A stretch of DNA of 64,000 nt from an uncultured Gammaproteobacteria bacterium (GCA_964527425.1 CAZGOA010000001.1:98435-162434); one strand, 5' to 3'. Numbered from the stretch's first letter, positions 10,858 through 21,344 are shown. The notes: generated from the sequence alone by a model not told the origin. Translations and numbers: made by a program.

Positions 10858-11610
10858 CTACCCACTTCTCTTATATGTTCCTTTCCATGCGTTAAGTCTA
10901 ATCCGTACTATATCCATTAAACCGGCAATAGAATCTTTAATCGGATTTACTCTTCTCGTTTCTACATAATGCCATTCAACTGGTACCTCTTTTATAGAGT
11001 AACCTAATCTTTTTGCAATAAATAATACTTCAATATCAAATCCCGCATTGACACTTGCACCAGATACTATTTTTTTATTCCAATGATCTTTTAAGGTATT
11101 AAAAATAATATGACCTACTTCTTTTTTAAAAGCTTTAAAACCACATTGTGTATCTGTAATTCCTTCCAAACCCAATACGGTGCTTCTTAAGAACATAAAA
11201 CCCTGGGCCATTAACTTTCGTGTGAATGGTGCACCTTCTCTTTTTTTGTTTCTTGAACCAATTACTACATCATATCCTTTTTTAAACCATGGAATTATTT
11301 TTTCCAGCTCACTTAAAGGAGTTGCCTGGTCAAGATCACTGAACAGTATGATGTCACCTTTCGCTTTCATTATTCCACTGATGACTGTACCTGCTTTTCC
11401 TAAATGCGGATTAAACTGAATATGATATTGAGTATTTTTTTTAGAAAATTGTTCAAGTAATTGCTTTGTTGAATCTGTTGAGCCATCATCAACGATGATA
11501 ACCTCCCAGGAAAATTGTTGCTTTTCTAAATATCGAGCAACCTTATCAAGCGCCCCGAGGCGAATATTTATTTCTTCATTATATGCAGGTATGACAATAG
11601 AAATATCCAT
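10858..11610 (-). CDS. Polyprenyl-phosphate glycosyltransferase (DPG synthase/Alg5-like GT2)
   Basis: IPAYNEE, DDGSTD, GKAG, FSDLDQATP, IGSR, DTQCGFKAF, FDIEVL, EVPVEW. Confidence 0.9.
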   Translation of the reverse strand: MDISIVIPAYNEEINIRLGALDKVARYLEKQQFSWEVIIVDDGSTDSTKQLLEQFSKKNTQYHIQFNPHLGKAGTVISGIMKAKGDIILFSDLDQATPLSELEKIIPWFKKGYDVVIGSRNKKREGAPFTRKLMAQGFMFLRSTVLGLEGITDTQCGFKAFKKEVGHIIFNTLKDHWNKKIVSGASVNAGFDIEVLFIAKRLGYSIKEVPVEWHYVETRRVNPIKDSIAGLMDIVRIRLNAWKGTYKRSG

Positions 11611-11624
11611 AAATGTATCTACTA

Positions 11625-13238
11625 TTATAGTTTATTCTCGATTAATCCACTTACTGTAGCGTCTTTCTCATCATAATGGACAAGCTTATAGAGCATAACT
11701 GGGAAAACATATTTTTGCTCTACTATTTCGGCTCTTCCAAATCCTGCTACCTCCCAAAGTGAGTTTCCAAGCGGCTCACAAGAAGGATTCTCACACATTA
11801 CAATGAGTTGATCTGTTACTGTTTTTCGCTCTGGATCAGCGGCAATTTGTTCAATCGTTACTGGAGCTCTATCTTTTATTTCAAGAAAATATCTGTATGC
11901 ATGATCAGAATTCGTCGCAGTTATAAAAGCGAAATTAAATGGTTCTTCGCCAGCCATTTTTATAACTTCTTTGGCAACATTACGAGTTTGCTGTACTTGA
12001 TTGTTTGGCTGATATACAAATGGTCTACCTTGCCAATTATAAAATACTAAACCTAGAAACATTGCACTTGCCATCACTGTTCCTGCTTTTGATCTCATTG
12101 ATTGCCACAAAATTAATCCTACAAGTATAAATGGAGCGGTGTTAAAAATTCCAAAATAATAATCGTATATACCTCTTCGATAAAATCCGAATAATAAGAT
12201 AGAAACACCCATCCATATAAACAGTAATATTGAGGCTTTCCATTGTTCTTTTGAAAGAGAAAATCGCTGATGTAATTGCATAAAGAGTATCTTTTTTTTC
12301 CGTGTGCTATTACTCAAGATAAATGATACTAACAATGCACTTGATACTAACAGAACAGTTCTAATGATTATGACCAGAGTCGTAATAAATGTATCTGAAT
12401 ATTGATTCCACACTTCATAATTTGGCATTCGAAATAATAGTCTTCCAAAACTTCTAAATAATACATCAGCAACAGTACTTACAAATCCTTGAGGGGTGAA
12501 ACCAGTTTCATTCCCTGTAGCTATAAAGCTGAACATAGCTTTAATATTTTGAAAATTATGAATTAATTCAAACAAAATAAACGGACTAAAGGAAATAATA
12601 AACCCAACTACAACAGCAGCGTAGTGTTTTATTAACTGTAAAGGTCTTGCAAATGTAATTAACCAAATACCGCTTATAATGATGAGGAAGGAAAATAAAT
12701 AATGAAACTGTATTCCTAGTCCCCAAATAATACCAATAAAAAAATAATCAAGAAGTTTCTTGTGCAGAGCGCTGCGCCACAAAATAAACATTAATAACAA
12801 ACTAAAAAATGGTACGATATTAGGGTTCCACGAGGAACGAGAGTATGCAATAACGACAGGTGATACCGCATATAATAATGATCCCGTTAAACCCACTATT
12901 GGATGAAACCATTTTGAACCAACGTAGTAGACTAAATATACTGTTGCAATTCCAAATAACGCAACCATAATTGCGGGTCCCACAGGATCATATTGCCACA
13001 ACCACAAAAAAGGAGTCATAAAATAGTAATACATCGGTCCCAAGAAAAATCCTCCGACAGAAGCAGTAGGTCCAAGTAATATAATATCCCCATCTACCAG
13101 CATTCGCTTAATTCGTAGTACATCTCTTCCTTCATCACCTAAAAAAGTTTGGTATTCAGCTATCCTATATAAACGCAAATATGAAGCGAGTATTAGAATG
13201 AGTATTATTGATATTGTAATAAACCATTTTCGATTCAT
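11625..13238 (-). CDS. GT-C glycosyltransferase (ArnT/PMT_2-like)
   Basis: FLGDEGRD after TM1, LGPMYYY, SRSSWNPN, QFH; multi-TM with C-terminal extracytoplasmic domain. Confidence 0.85.
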   Translation of the reverse strand: MNRKWFITISIILILILASYLRLYRIAEYQTFLGDEGRDVLRIKRMLVDGDIILLGPTASVGGFFLGPMYYYFMTPFLWLWQYDPVGPAIMVALFGIATVYLVYYVGSKWFHPIVGLTGSLLYAVSPVVIAYSRSSWNPNIVPFFSLLLMFILWRSALHKKLLDYFFIGIIWGLGIQFHYLFSFLIIISGIWLITFARPLQLIKHYAAVVVGFIISFSPFILFELIHNFQNIKAMFSFIATGNETGFTPQGFVSTVADVLFRSFGRLLFRMPNYEVWNQYSDTFITTLVIIIRTVLLVSSALLVSFILSNSTRKKKILFMQLHQRFSLSKEQWKASILLFIWMGVSILLFGFYRRGIYDYYFGIFNTAPFILVGLILWQSMRSKAGTVMASAMFLGLVFYNWQGRPFVYQPNNQVQQTRNVAKEVIKMAGEEPFNFAFITATNSDHAYRYFLEIKDRAPVTIEQIAADPERKTVTDQLIVMCENPSCEPLGNSLWEVAGFGRAEIVEQKYVFPVMLYKLVHYDEKDATVSGLIENKL

Positions 13239-13265
13239 GGAGTAGTTATAGTATACCTTGAAGTG

Positions 13266-14375
13266 TCACTTCCATATCACCCTTGAATACATAATATAAT
13301 TCCACATTAACCCAATACTCACACCTAAGAGATAAAACACTCTATATGTTTGATCTCCTGCTAAGTGCGTACCAACCCAAATCGTACTTGCTTGAATAAT
13401 TATTGCACCGACAGAGGTCATATTAAATTGTAAAAACTTATATATTCGTTGTTCTCGTCCTATTCGACGATCCCTGAATGTCCATCTATTATTGAAAAAA
13501 TAGTTCGATATTATCGCACACTCCGCTCCAATAATACTTCCAATTTCTGGGATTGTCCCAATTCCATGAACAAACAACTCTAATACGAGTGTATTTATAA
13601 TAAATCCCAGTAATCCCACAAGTGCAAACTTCTTAAAAGGTCCATGCATTAGTCTGTGAACTCTATTCGTAATAATAAATTCAAAAATGTCTTTTATATA
13701 TTCTCCTACAGCAATTTTTGATTTTCCAAATCGACGATCAGTAAAATGAATTGGAACTTCATGCACTTTTGCACCTTGTCTTATTGCATTATATAAAAAT
13801 GCAATTTGAAACACATACCCGGTATATTGCATGAGTCTATCTTTATTTTGTAAAAAGTATTCTTTTTTTAACGCTCGATATCCTCCAGTCCAATCATGAA
13901 CCTGAAGATAGCCTAGTCCAAATCGCACAATACTATTTCCTACTATACTATAAAGTTTTCTCCGTACACCCCAATTATCGGGTATTGCACCACCTTTAAT
14001 ATAACGACTACCAACAACAAAGTCGTATCCATCATCTATAGCTTTTACAAACTTGTGAAGTACAAAAGGATCATGTGAGAGATCAGCATCCATTTGTATT
14101 AATATTTCTGCATCCAGATTTTCTACACTATAATTCATTCCCCTTAGTAAAGCTCTTCCTAGACCTTCTTTTTTCCCTGTTAAAACATGAACTCTTTTAT
14201 GACTAGATGCATATTCCTTTACAGCCTCTCCCGTTCCATCCGGAGAATTATCATCTACAACAAGGTAATGCACTGTATGTTGAGAGAATGAAGATAAAAC
14301 CTCACGAGCTTGGTCTAGAAGAACGAGAATTGTATCCCGCTCATTGTATGTGGGCAGTATTAGTACAACATTCAT
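13266..14375 (-). CDS. DPM1-like polyprenyl-phosphate mannosyltransferase fused to a GtrA-like domain
   Basis: LPTYNE, DDNSPDGT, GLGRA, MDADLSHDP, GSRY, FTDRRFGKSK; C-terminal 4-TM GtrA (KFALVG, NRWTF). Confidence 0.9.
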   Translation of the reverse strand: MNVVLILPTYNERDTILVLLDQAREVLSSFSQHTVHYLVVDDNSPDGTGEAVKEYASSHKRVHVLTGKKEGLGRALLRGMNYSVENLDAEILIQMDADLSHDPFVLHKFVKAIDDGYDFVVGSRYIKGGAIPDNWGVRRKLYSIVGNSIVRFGLGYLQVHDWTGGYRALKKEYFLQNKDRLMQYTGYVFQIAFLYNAIRQGAKVHEVPIHFTDRRFGKSKIAVGEYIKDIFEFIITNRVHRLMHGPFKKFALVGLLGFIINTLVLELFVHGIGTIPEIGSIIGAECAIISNYFFNNRWTFRDRRIGREQRIYKFLQFNMTSVGAIIIQASTIWVGTHLAGDQTYRVFYLLGVSIGLMWNYIMYSRVIWK

Positions 14376-14399
14376 ACTTTGAGCAGTTATTATACTCTT

Positions 14400-15359
14400 T
14401 TATACCCGCTCACGCCAGTAATTTAAGAGATCATTCATCGTTTTTTCGAAAGATATTTCTGGTTTCCAACCTGTAGCTTCTACAAATTTTGTATTATCCC
14501 CAATTAATACTGGAACATCAGAAGGTCTCATTCTGGCTGGATCTTCTTGAATAGTAACTTTTACTTTTGCCAATGAAATAAACATATTCAAAACATCACC
14601 AATTTTTTCTGCATGGCCAGTACAAATGTTATAAACCTCACCTGGAGTACATTTTTCTACCGATAATAAATATCCTCTTACCATATCTCGAACATCAGTA
14701 TAATCACGTTTTGCTTCTAGGTTACCGACTCTAATAATTGGTTCTTGTTTCCCTTTTTCAATGAGCGCGACCTGTTTTGCAAAATTAGATTCTGCGAATG
14801 TATCACCTCTTCTCGGTCCAGTGTGATTAAAACCTCTTGTTCTGATAATTTTTAGACCATAGGATTGATGATACTGATATCCCAGAAAATCCATTGCTAA
14901 CTTTGAAACTGCATACGGAGAAAGAGGTCTTAGTGGATTTGTTTCACGGATTGGAAGTTCATCTTCATATACCATTCCATATTCTTCTGAGGAGCAGGCA
15001 ATTTGTATAACTGTATTTAATTTTGCCTGTTTTACTGCTTCAAAAAGATTAGCTGATCCAACGATATTTACATCTAATGTAACAGCAGGCGATACCCAGG
15101 ATGTAGGAACGAATGATTGCGCAGCTAAATGAAATATGTAGTCTGGCTTTATCTTAGTGATCGTTGAATATAAACTATGTGAATCTAATAAATCTGCATC
15201 TTCTAGATGAAGCTTGTTAACAATACCTTCTAAATGATCCATTTTAGTTCTCGGTCTTGTTAATCCATACACTTCGTATCCTTCTTTAAGAAGCAATTCC
15301 GCCATGTGGCTTCCTACGAAACCTGCTATACCAGTGATCAATACAACTTTATTTGCCAT
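14400..15359 (-). CDS. GDP-mannose 4,6-dehydratase / GDP-4-keto-6-deoxymannose reductase family SDR
   Basis: TGIAGFVGS, LAAQSFV, SSEEYG, YAVSK, FNHTGPRR, GNLEAKRD. Start moved to ATG 15359, which follows an AGGGGG SD. Gmd versus Rmd not resolved. Confidence 0.85.
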   Translation of the reverse strand: MANKVVLITGIAGFVGSHMAELLLKEGYEVYGLTRPRTKMDHLEGIVNKLHLEDADLLDSHSLYSTITKIKPDYIFHLAAQSFVPTSWVSPAVTLDVNIVGSANLFEAVKQAKLNTVIQIACSSEEYGMVYEDELPIRETNPLRPLSPYAVSKLAMDFLGYQYHQSYGLKIIRTRGFNHTGPRRGDTFAESNFAKQVALIEKGKQEPIIRVGNLEAKRDYTDVRDMVRGYLLSVEKCTPGEVYNICTGHAEKIGDVLNMFISLAKVKVTIQEDPARMRPSDVPVLIGDNTKFVEATGWKPEISFEKTMNDLLNYWRERV

Positions 15360-15466
15360 ATACCCCCTTAATTCCAAAATTGTTAATTAATATGCGTTTG
15401 CAAATTAATATCGTCCATCTATTGTATCAAAAACATCGGGACAATATATACTATTAACTTTTACGA

Positions 15467-16765
15467 TTACATTCTACCTACACCATAATACGTGTATCCA
15501 AGTTTTTTTACCTGTTCTGGATCATAAATATTTCGTCCATCAAAAAGCACTCGTTCTTTAAGCGCTTTTGCTAGTTTCACCAAGTCTATCTGTCTAAATT
15601 CATTCCATTCTGTAATGACTGCAATTGCATCTGCATCTTGTGCAGCATCATATGCGTCTTTTGCATATCGAATATCTTTTGGAAGAATTGGTTTTGCGTT
15701 TTCAACAGCTATTGGATCATATACACTTACTGTTGCCCCTTGTTTTAATAATTCTAAGATAATCGTAATTGACGGTGCTTCTCTCATATCATCGGTATCA
15801 GGTTTAAACGATAAACCGAGAATTGCAATTTGTTTCCCTTTGAGATTTCCATTGAAGTGGTTTGAAATCTTAGACACAAACCGTTTTCTCATAGAAGCAT
15901 TTATTTCATCTACAGCTTTCAGCAATGTAAAATCATATCCTGCTCTATCGGAAAGGGCAATTAACGCTTTTACATCTTTAGGGAAACAACTTCCACCGTA
16001 TCCTACTCCTGCATATAAGAAACTTCTACCTAATCTGTTATCAAGACCTACTCCTTCTAGTACTTTTTCCGCATCTGCACCAACTTTTTCTGCCACTATA
16101 GCAATAGCATTTGCAAACGATATTTTCGTGGATAAAAGAGAATTGGAAGCATATTTAATTAATTCTGCTGTTTCTACATTACATAATACTAGTTCAGTAT
16201 TAATTGGTTTATGAAGCTCAACTAATAAATTTCTTGCACGATCAGAAGTCGTACCAATAACGACACGATCTGGCCTCATTGTATCGGAAATAGCCGAACC
16301 TTCTCTTAAAAATTCTGGACAAGAGGCAATCGCAAACGAAGAACCAGCTGGTTTATGTTTATTTAATAATTCTCCGACTTTTTGATTAGTACCTGGCGGA
16401 ACTGTACTTTTCGTAACGACTACTTTATATCCTGTTAAATTTTTAGCAATTTCTTCTGTTGCTGCAAAAACATTTGTTAAATCCGCTTCTCCATTTGATT
16501 TGGGTGGTGTACCAACAGCAATAAAGATGATTTCAGAAGGTACTACAGCTTCTTTATAATCAAGTGTAAAAAGTAATCGACCTGCATCTACATTTCGTTT
16601 TACTAACTCAGATAATCCTGGCTCATAAAACGTAGCGATTCCTTTTTTTAAGGTGTCAATTTTTTCCTTCGTTCTACCAACTACCCAAACAGTATTTCCC
16701 AAATCAGCAAATACTGCTGCTGTTACTAAACCAACATACCCGTGTCCGATAAATGATATTGTCAT
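15467..16765 (-). CDS. ugd: UDP-glucose 6-dehydrogenase
   Basis: GHGYVG, VGTP, KSTVPPGT, PEFLREG, GYGGSCFPKD, FKPDTDDMRE, DGRN. Confidence 0.95.
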   Translation of the reverse strand: MTISFIGHGYVGLVTAAVFADLGNTVWVVGRTKEKIDTLKKGIATFYEPGLSELVKRNVDAGRLLFTLDYKEAVVPSEIIFIAVGTPPKSNGEADLTNVFAATEEIAKNLTGYKVVVTKSTVPPGTNQKVGELLNKHKPAGSSFAIASCPEFLREGSAISDTMRPDRVVIGTTSDRARNLLVELHKPINTELVLCNVETAELIKYASNSLLSTKISFANAIAIVAEKVGADAEKVLEGVGLDNRLGRSFLYAGVGYGGSCFPKDVKALIALSDRAGYDFTLLKAVDEINASMRKRFVSKISNHFNGNLKGKQIAILGLSFKPDTDDMREAPSITIILELLKQGATVSVYDPIAVENAKPILPKDIRYAKDAYDAAQDADAIAVITEWNEFRQIDLVKLAKALKERVLFDGRNIYDPEQVKKLGYTYYGVGRM

Positions 16766-16783
16766 AGATTGATATAGCCTACC

Positions 16784-17653
16784 TCAGATTTCATTCGCTT
16801 TCAAGAGTGATAACCCTTCTGAAAATGATCGGGGTATTATTCCTAAGTGTTGAATCTTAGCATTGGAAATACGTAATTTTAGAGCGCGCGGAGCTTTATC
16901 CTTATAATAATCACTCGCTGTTGTAGATCGCACTAGTGTAGAATCATATCCAAATGTTTGAGCAATAATTAGGGATGCTTCAAAAGACGTTAGAGGTTGA
17001 CTACCCACTAAGTGATATATTCCAGAGGCATTCTTTTCTATTATCTTTTTTATTCCTATTGCAATGTCTGGCATATATGTAGGAGTGAACACTTGATCTG
17101 TTGGAGCTGAAATGGGCTGATTTGCTTCAAAACGTTCTCGAAGTTTCCCTACAAAATCTTTCTTGGCACCTGTGGTGTGTCCGTAAGGAAACGATAATCG
17201 AACAATGACACCCTGGTCTTTTAGCGTTTGAACACATTTTTCTCCTTCATATTTTGTAATCGCATACCAACCTATAGGTGAAGGAGTATCATCTTCTGTG
17301 TAGATGCGGTCACCTCCAGGAAAAACGAAATCAGTAGAAATATATAGTAATTTTTTATTATATATTTTACATGCGTCTACTAAAATTTTTGTAGCTCCAA
17401 CGTTTACCTTCCACGTACTACTATTTTCACCTTCTGAACGTTCTTTTTCTGCCTCATCAACATCTGTTTTTGCTGCAAGGTGAATAATCCAATTAGCTTC
17501 ACTTTTTGAAACATATGTATGCACTGTATCTGGTTTAGTTATATCCACACCAACTTCTAAACTCAAATTCTCAAATATATACTCATTTTTTAACGTATCA
17601 ACTAGTATACTTCCTACCATTCCTGATAGACCTGTTCCAAGTATTGGTTTCAT
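16784..17653 (-). CDS. rmlD: dTDP-4-dehydrorhamnose reductase-like SDR
   Basis: HLAAKTDVD, ISTDFVF, YAITK, DQVFTPT; directly downstream of rmlB. Confidence 0.85.
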   Translation of the reverse strand: MKPILGTGLSGMVGSILVDTLKNEYIFENLSLEVGVDITKPDTVHTYVSKSEANWIIHLAAKTDVDEAEKERSEGENSSTWKVNVGATKILVDACKIYNKKLLYISTDFVFPGGDRIYTEDDTPSPIGWYAITKYEGEKCVQTLKDQGVIVRLSFPYGHTTGAKKDFVGKLRERFEANQPISAPTDQVFTPTYMPDIAIGIKKIIEKNASGIYHLVGSQPLTSFEASLIIAQTFGYDSTLVRSTTASDYYKDKAPRALKLRISNAKIQHLGIIPRSFSEGLSLLKANEI

Positions 17654-17659
17654 AACTAT

Positions 17660-18676
17660 TTATTCCTTCTTCCCATATTGTTCTTCATAAAATTCTTTAT
17701 ATTCTCCTGATTTTACCCGCTTCCACCAATCTTGATTTTCTATATACCATTGCACTGTTTTCTCAAGCCATTCATCAAACGTATGAAGTGGTTGCCAACC
17801 CAACTCTGTATGGATTTTTGACCAATCAATAGCATATCTTCTATCATGACCAGGTCGATCTTTTATATATTCTATCTCATCTATACTTTTTCCCATTAAC
17901 GATACTATTTTCTTGACAATGGTAATGTTGTTAATGTCTTCTGTTACACCACCAACGCAATATGTTTCTCCGATTGTACCTTTAGTTAGTACTGCATCAA
18001 TTGCCCTGCAATGATCTTCTACGTATAACCAGTCACGCACATATAATCCATCACCATATACCGGAACTTTTTTCCCTTCTAAGATATTGGTTATAGCTAA
18101 CGGTATTAACTTTTCTGGAAACATGTAGGGTCCATAATTATTTGAACAATTAGTAATTGTTATGGGCAGATTATAGGTATAATAATAGGCACGTACTACA
18201 TGATCTGAAGCCGCTTTGCTAGCTGAATATGGACTTCTAGGATTATAGGGAGTTTTTTCATTAAAGATATGTTTTTCATCAAGTGACAATGATCCAAACA
18301 CTTCGTCGGTTGATATGTGATGAAACCGTTTTACGGCATGACTTTTAGCAGCTTCAAGCAATACCTGAGTCCCTAATACATTCGTTTTGATAAAAGGTGA
18401 TGGTTCATGGATAGAACGATCTACATGACTTTCAGCAGCAAAATGAACGATAACATCAACTCCCTCCATAGCTTCATTAACCTGAGCGGCATCGGTAATA
18501 TCACCTTTGATAAATGAATAGGATGGGTTGTTGGATACCTCTTTTACATTTTCTAAATTACCGGCATAAGTAAGCACATCATAATTAATGACACTATCTT
18601 CACCATGATTTGTTAACCAATACCTAATAAAGTTAGAACCAATAAAACCAGCACCACCAGTAACTAATAGTTTCAT
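17660..18676 (-). CDS. rmlB: dTDP-glucose 4,6-dehydratase
   Basis: TGGAGFIGSNF, AAESHVDRS, STDEVFG, YSASK, NNYGP, DRPGHDRRY. Start moved to ATG 18676. Confidence 0.97.
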   Translation of the reverse strand: MKLLVTGGAGFIGSNFIRYWLTNHGEDSVINYDVLTYAGNLENVKEVSNNPSYSFIKGDITDAAQVNEAMEGVDVIVHFAAESHVDRSIHEPSPFIKTNVLGTQVLLEAAKSHAVKRFHHISTDEVFGSLSLDEKHIFNEKTPYNPRSPYSASKAASDHVVRAYYYTYNLPITITNCSNNYGPYMFPEKLIPLAITNILEGKKVPVYGDGLYVRDWLYVEDHCRAIDAVLTKGTIGETYCVGGVTEDINNITIVKKIVSLMGKSIDEIEYIKDRPGHDRRYAIDWSKIHTELGWQPLHTFDEWLEKTVQWYIENQDWWKRVKSGEYKEFYEEQYGKKE

Positions 18677-18750
18677 AATAATAGTATACTGCCCCAAGCA
18701 GCATGTTTATTGGACCGAGTGAATAGTACTTCTCCAGCTATCCAATAGTG

Positions 18751-19488
18751 TTATATCCTTCCATCTTTTGCCATTTGAGCCACATCAATATTAGCCCTAA
18801 GAAGCTCATCATATGATGTTCCAGCATCAACCCACCAATCTATTAATTCACAATACAGAGTACCTTGTGACAAATATGTATTGTTTAAATCTGTAACTTC
18901 GAGCTCTCCGCGCTGTGAAGGCTTTAATTGGTGAATATATTGAAATACGTTTGAATCATACATATATATACCCGTTTGAGCGATGTCTGATTTAGGCGAT
19001 TCAGGTTTTTCTTCAATTGAACGTACTTTTCCGTCATTATCCATTTCTATCACTCCATACTGACGAGAATCAGTATCTTTATGAACACCAAAAATCATTG
19101 CTCCTTCTACCCGTTCATTAAACCGTTTAACAGATTCACTTAAAGGAAAAGAAAATATATTATCTCCTAATAAGACTAAAACACTTTCATTTTTTGCAAA
19201 GTCTTCGGATAACAAAATAGCATCAGGAATCCCACCTTTGGGATTTTTTTGAATAGCATAATAAAGCGTTAAATCAAAATCTTCTCCACCTTTTAATAAA
19301 CCTGCAAATTGACCTACAGATTCTGGTGTAGTGGTTACAAGCACTTCTTTAATACCAGCCTTTACCATTGCTTCCAATGAATAATAAATCATCGGTTTGT
19401 TATAAATTGGCAATAAATGCTTATTTGTAACCAATGTTAGAGGTCTAAGTCGAGTTGCAAGCCCTCCTGCGAGTATTACACCTTTCAT
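18751..19488 (-). CDS. rmlA: Glucose-1-phosphate thymidylyltransferase (short SpsI/RmlA type)
   Basis: GVILAGGLATRLRPLT..NKHLLPIY, LGDN, EEKP, RGELEVTD, DAGT. Confidence 0.9.
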   Translation of the reverse strand: MKGVILAGGLATRLRPLTLVTNKHLLPIYNKPMIYYSLEAMVKAGIKEVLVTTTPESVGQFAGLLKGGEDFDLTLYYAIQKNPKGGIPDAILLSEDFAKNESVLVLLGDNIFSFPLSESVKRFNERVEGAMIFGVHKDTDSRQYGVIEMDNDGKVRSIEEKPESPKSDIAQTGIYMYDSNVFQYIHQLKPSQRGELEVTDLNNTYLSQGTLYCELIDWWVDAGTSYDELLRANIDVAQMAKDGRI

Positions 19489-19490
19489 AA

Positions 19491-19763
19491 TTAAACGAAG
19501 AGCACTGTATAAAGCAACACAAGCCCTACAGCTGCTACGGATACATATTCTACTATGACTCGGGGGTATAAGTCACGTTCTATCACATGAAAAATTATTC
19601 CCCATAACACATATGATAATGCACAGACAAATCCAATTAAGAATTGCAAATCTCGTTTTCCATTTAACACAACAAACGTTACGAGACTCAATCCCAATAT
19701 TATCCCCAACACAATCATATGAAGATGCTTATGGGAGACAATATGTTCTTTTTTATGTGTCAT
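19491..19763 (-). CDS. Small 3-TM hypothetical membrane protein
   Basis: Three hydrophobic helices, YVLWGIIFH..D...EY; overlaps the upstream gene's stop. Confidence 0.7.
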   Translation of the reverse strand: MTHKKEHIVSHKHLHMIVLGIILGLSLVTFVVLNGKRDLQFLIGFVCALSYVLWGIIFHVIERDLYPRVIVEYVSVAAVGLVLLYTVLFV

Positions 19764-20737
19764 AAGATACTACCTCGCAATACAACATTCATACTTACTA
19801 TCATTATTCCAAAGAACAACATATGGGCAACAGATGATCCTACAGCACGGATTGTTCTTTTTTTCATAGCAACATACATATCTACTAACATAATTCCTAT
19901 TAAGACTCCAGCAAAAGCCATACTAATATCGCGCCTCAATGCTACAATATCAAATTTAGGTGCAATCAAAACCGAGCTAAATGCAGGGAATATTCCAGAA
20001 TTAGGCTGTACTTCTGTTACAGAAGCAACTTCTGGAATAACTACAGGTGCTTGCGTTACTATTGGTGATATTTCTGGTGCTTGAGCTAGCACTGGTGGTA
20101 TAACCTCTTGGGCAATTGGTTGTTGGGAAACTTCTGTTGCAGGTGATGGTTCTGCAGCAACAACAACTCTTCCATTCGGTTGCGATCCAAACATCTGCAC
20201 AACTAAGGTCGTTTCTTCACCTTGAAGTGTGCCATTTACTACAGCAAATCCGACTTCTTTATAATTTGGTTTTAAAAGATTTTCTTTGTGACTTGGAGAA
20301 TTCATCCAGGCATTTACAACACCGTTACTATCTTGAAAATTTTTGGCCAGATTTTCACCAGCGACACTGTACTTATATCCAGCACCATTAATAAAATCCC
20401 ATGGTGTTTTACCGTCTGGAGAAACATGCGCCCAATAATTTTTACCAAACATATCAGAAGCTTTTCCGGCAGCTGCCTGAGAAAGCTGAGGATTAAGACT
20501 TAATGCAGGCAAACCTGCCTCTGCCCTTTTTGCATTGGTTTCGGCAAGTAATTGCTGAACATGAATATTCGTTGCGTACCCTAAAATATCTGGATGATTA
20601 ATGCTAATAACTCTTGTTGCTACATTAAAAATAACAAAGGCAAATGCATAGACAAACATCGCATCGATATGTAATGCTTTTGCTCTGTGATTATTTGAAT
20701 GATGCGGTACGAACCAATGTTTAAGTGTATGAAACAT
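19760..20737 (-). CDS. CAP (SCP-like) domain membrane protein
   Basis: TNAKR..L..N..L..AA..KA.DM, YWAH, AGENLA, AWMNSPSHKENLL, VVQMFG; N- and C-terminal TM helices and a P/V/E-rich linker. Confidence 0.92.
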   Translation of the reverse strand: MFHTLKHWFVPHHSNNHRAKALHIDAMFVYAFAFVIFNVATRVISINHPDILGYATNIHVQQLLAETNAKRAEAGLPALSLNPQLSQAAAGKASDMFGKNYWAHVSPDGKTPWDFINGAGYKYSVAGENLAKNFQDSNGVVNAWMNSPSHKENLLKPNYKEVGFAVVNGTLQGEETTLVVQMFGSQPNGRVVVAAEPSPATEVSQQPIAQEVIPPVLAQAPEISPIVTQAPVVIPEVASVTEVQPNSGIFPAFSSVLIAPKFDIVALRRDISMAFAGVLIGIMLVDMYVAMKKRTIRAVGSSVAHMLFFGIMIVSMNVVLRGSIL

Positions 20738-20786
20738 ACTCTATATTTCATACTAAAGAAGTAAAGTGAAAAAAACCAGAGTCAAA

Positions 20787-21344
20787 TTATACTGGCTTTG
20801 CAAAAACAACCCGACGTTTCTGATCAAAACTACCTTCACACGTATACAATGTTAATTGATCCTCTTTGGATAAAATCACGTCAACATCCGTGGGTTTAAC
20901 CGTTCTTGATTCTGTAACGATGTAGGTATGTTTATTGTTGTTTTGATCTACTTCAATGACATCTCCAGGAGTCAGCTTGTATAAATCTGCCCATAATTGT
21001 TTTCTGTTATGAGCATACAATATAACATTACCTTCTCCTGGAACAGATGATGTTGAAAGCCAAGCGACTGAAGCATCAAACATATCCCACTGATTATCAT
21101 GCACGAGGGCGGCTTGGATAGGTAAATTTTTATTAATTTTCGGAATATAAATACTGGTAGGCTGCTGTTTTGTTACAGGAGTTACACGTATACTTACTGC
21201 TGAAGTTCCAGCCGGATCTATAACCGGCATTTCATTCTTTTTTTCTCTGAAAATATAAAATCCCGCTAGTACAACAAAACCAACAACAACAGAAACTACC
21301 AACGTTTTGATACTCTTAATTATTAATGAAGCATTAGGAACCAT
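20787..21344 (-). CDS. Sortase
   Basis: N-terminal TM, IYIPKIN, catalytic His (LYAHNR), LTLYTC and Arg (KRRVVFA). Start taken at ATG 21344. Confidence 0.92.
   Translation of the reverse strand: MVPNASLIIKSIKTLVVSVVVGFVVLAGFYIFREKKNEMPVIDPAGTSAVSIRVTPVTKQQPTSIYIPKINKNLPIQAALVHDNQWDMFDASVAWLSTSSVPGEGNVILYAHNRKQLWADLYKLTPGDVIEVDQNNNKHTYIVTESRTVKPTDVDVILSKEDQLTLYTCEGSFDQKRRVVFAKPV

Noticed and set aside
15385-15409. Imperfect inverted repeat attaatatgc-gttt-gcaaattaat upstream of the gmd-like gene
   Set aside because: Almost entirely A/T, so it is likely by chance in this genome; no other support.
15615-16214. 199-aa plus-strand ORF, and similar ones at 19719, 22624, 36713, 37357, 49723 and 55950
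   Set aside because: Antisense shadows of well-supported genes, with no motifs or translation signals of their own.
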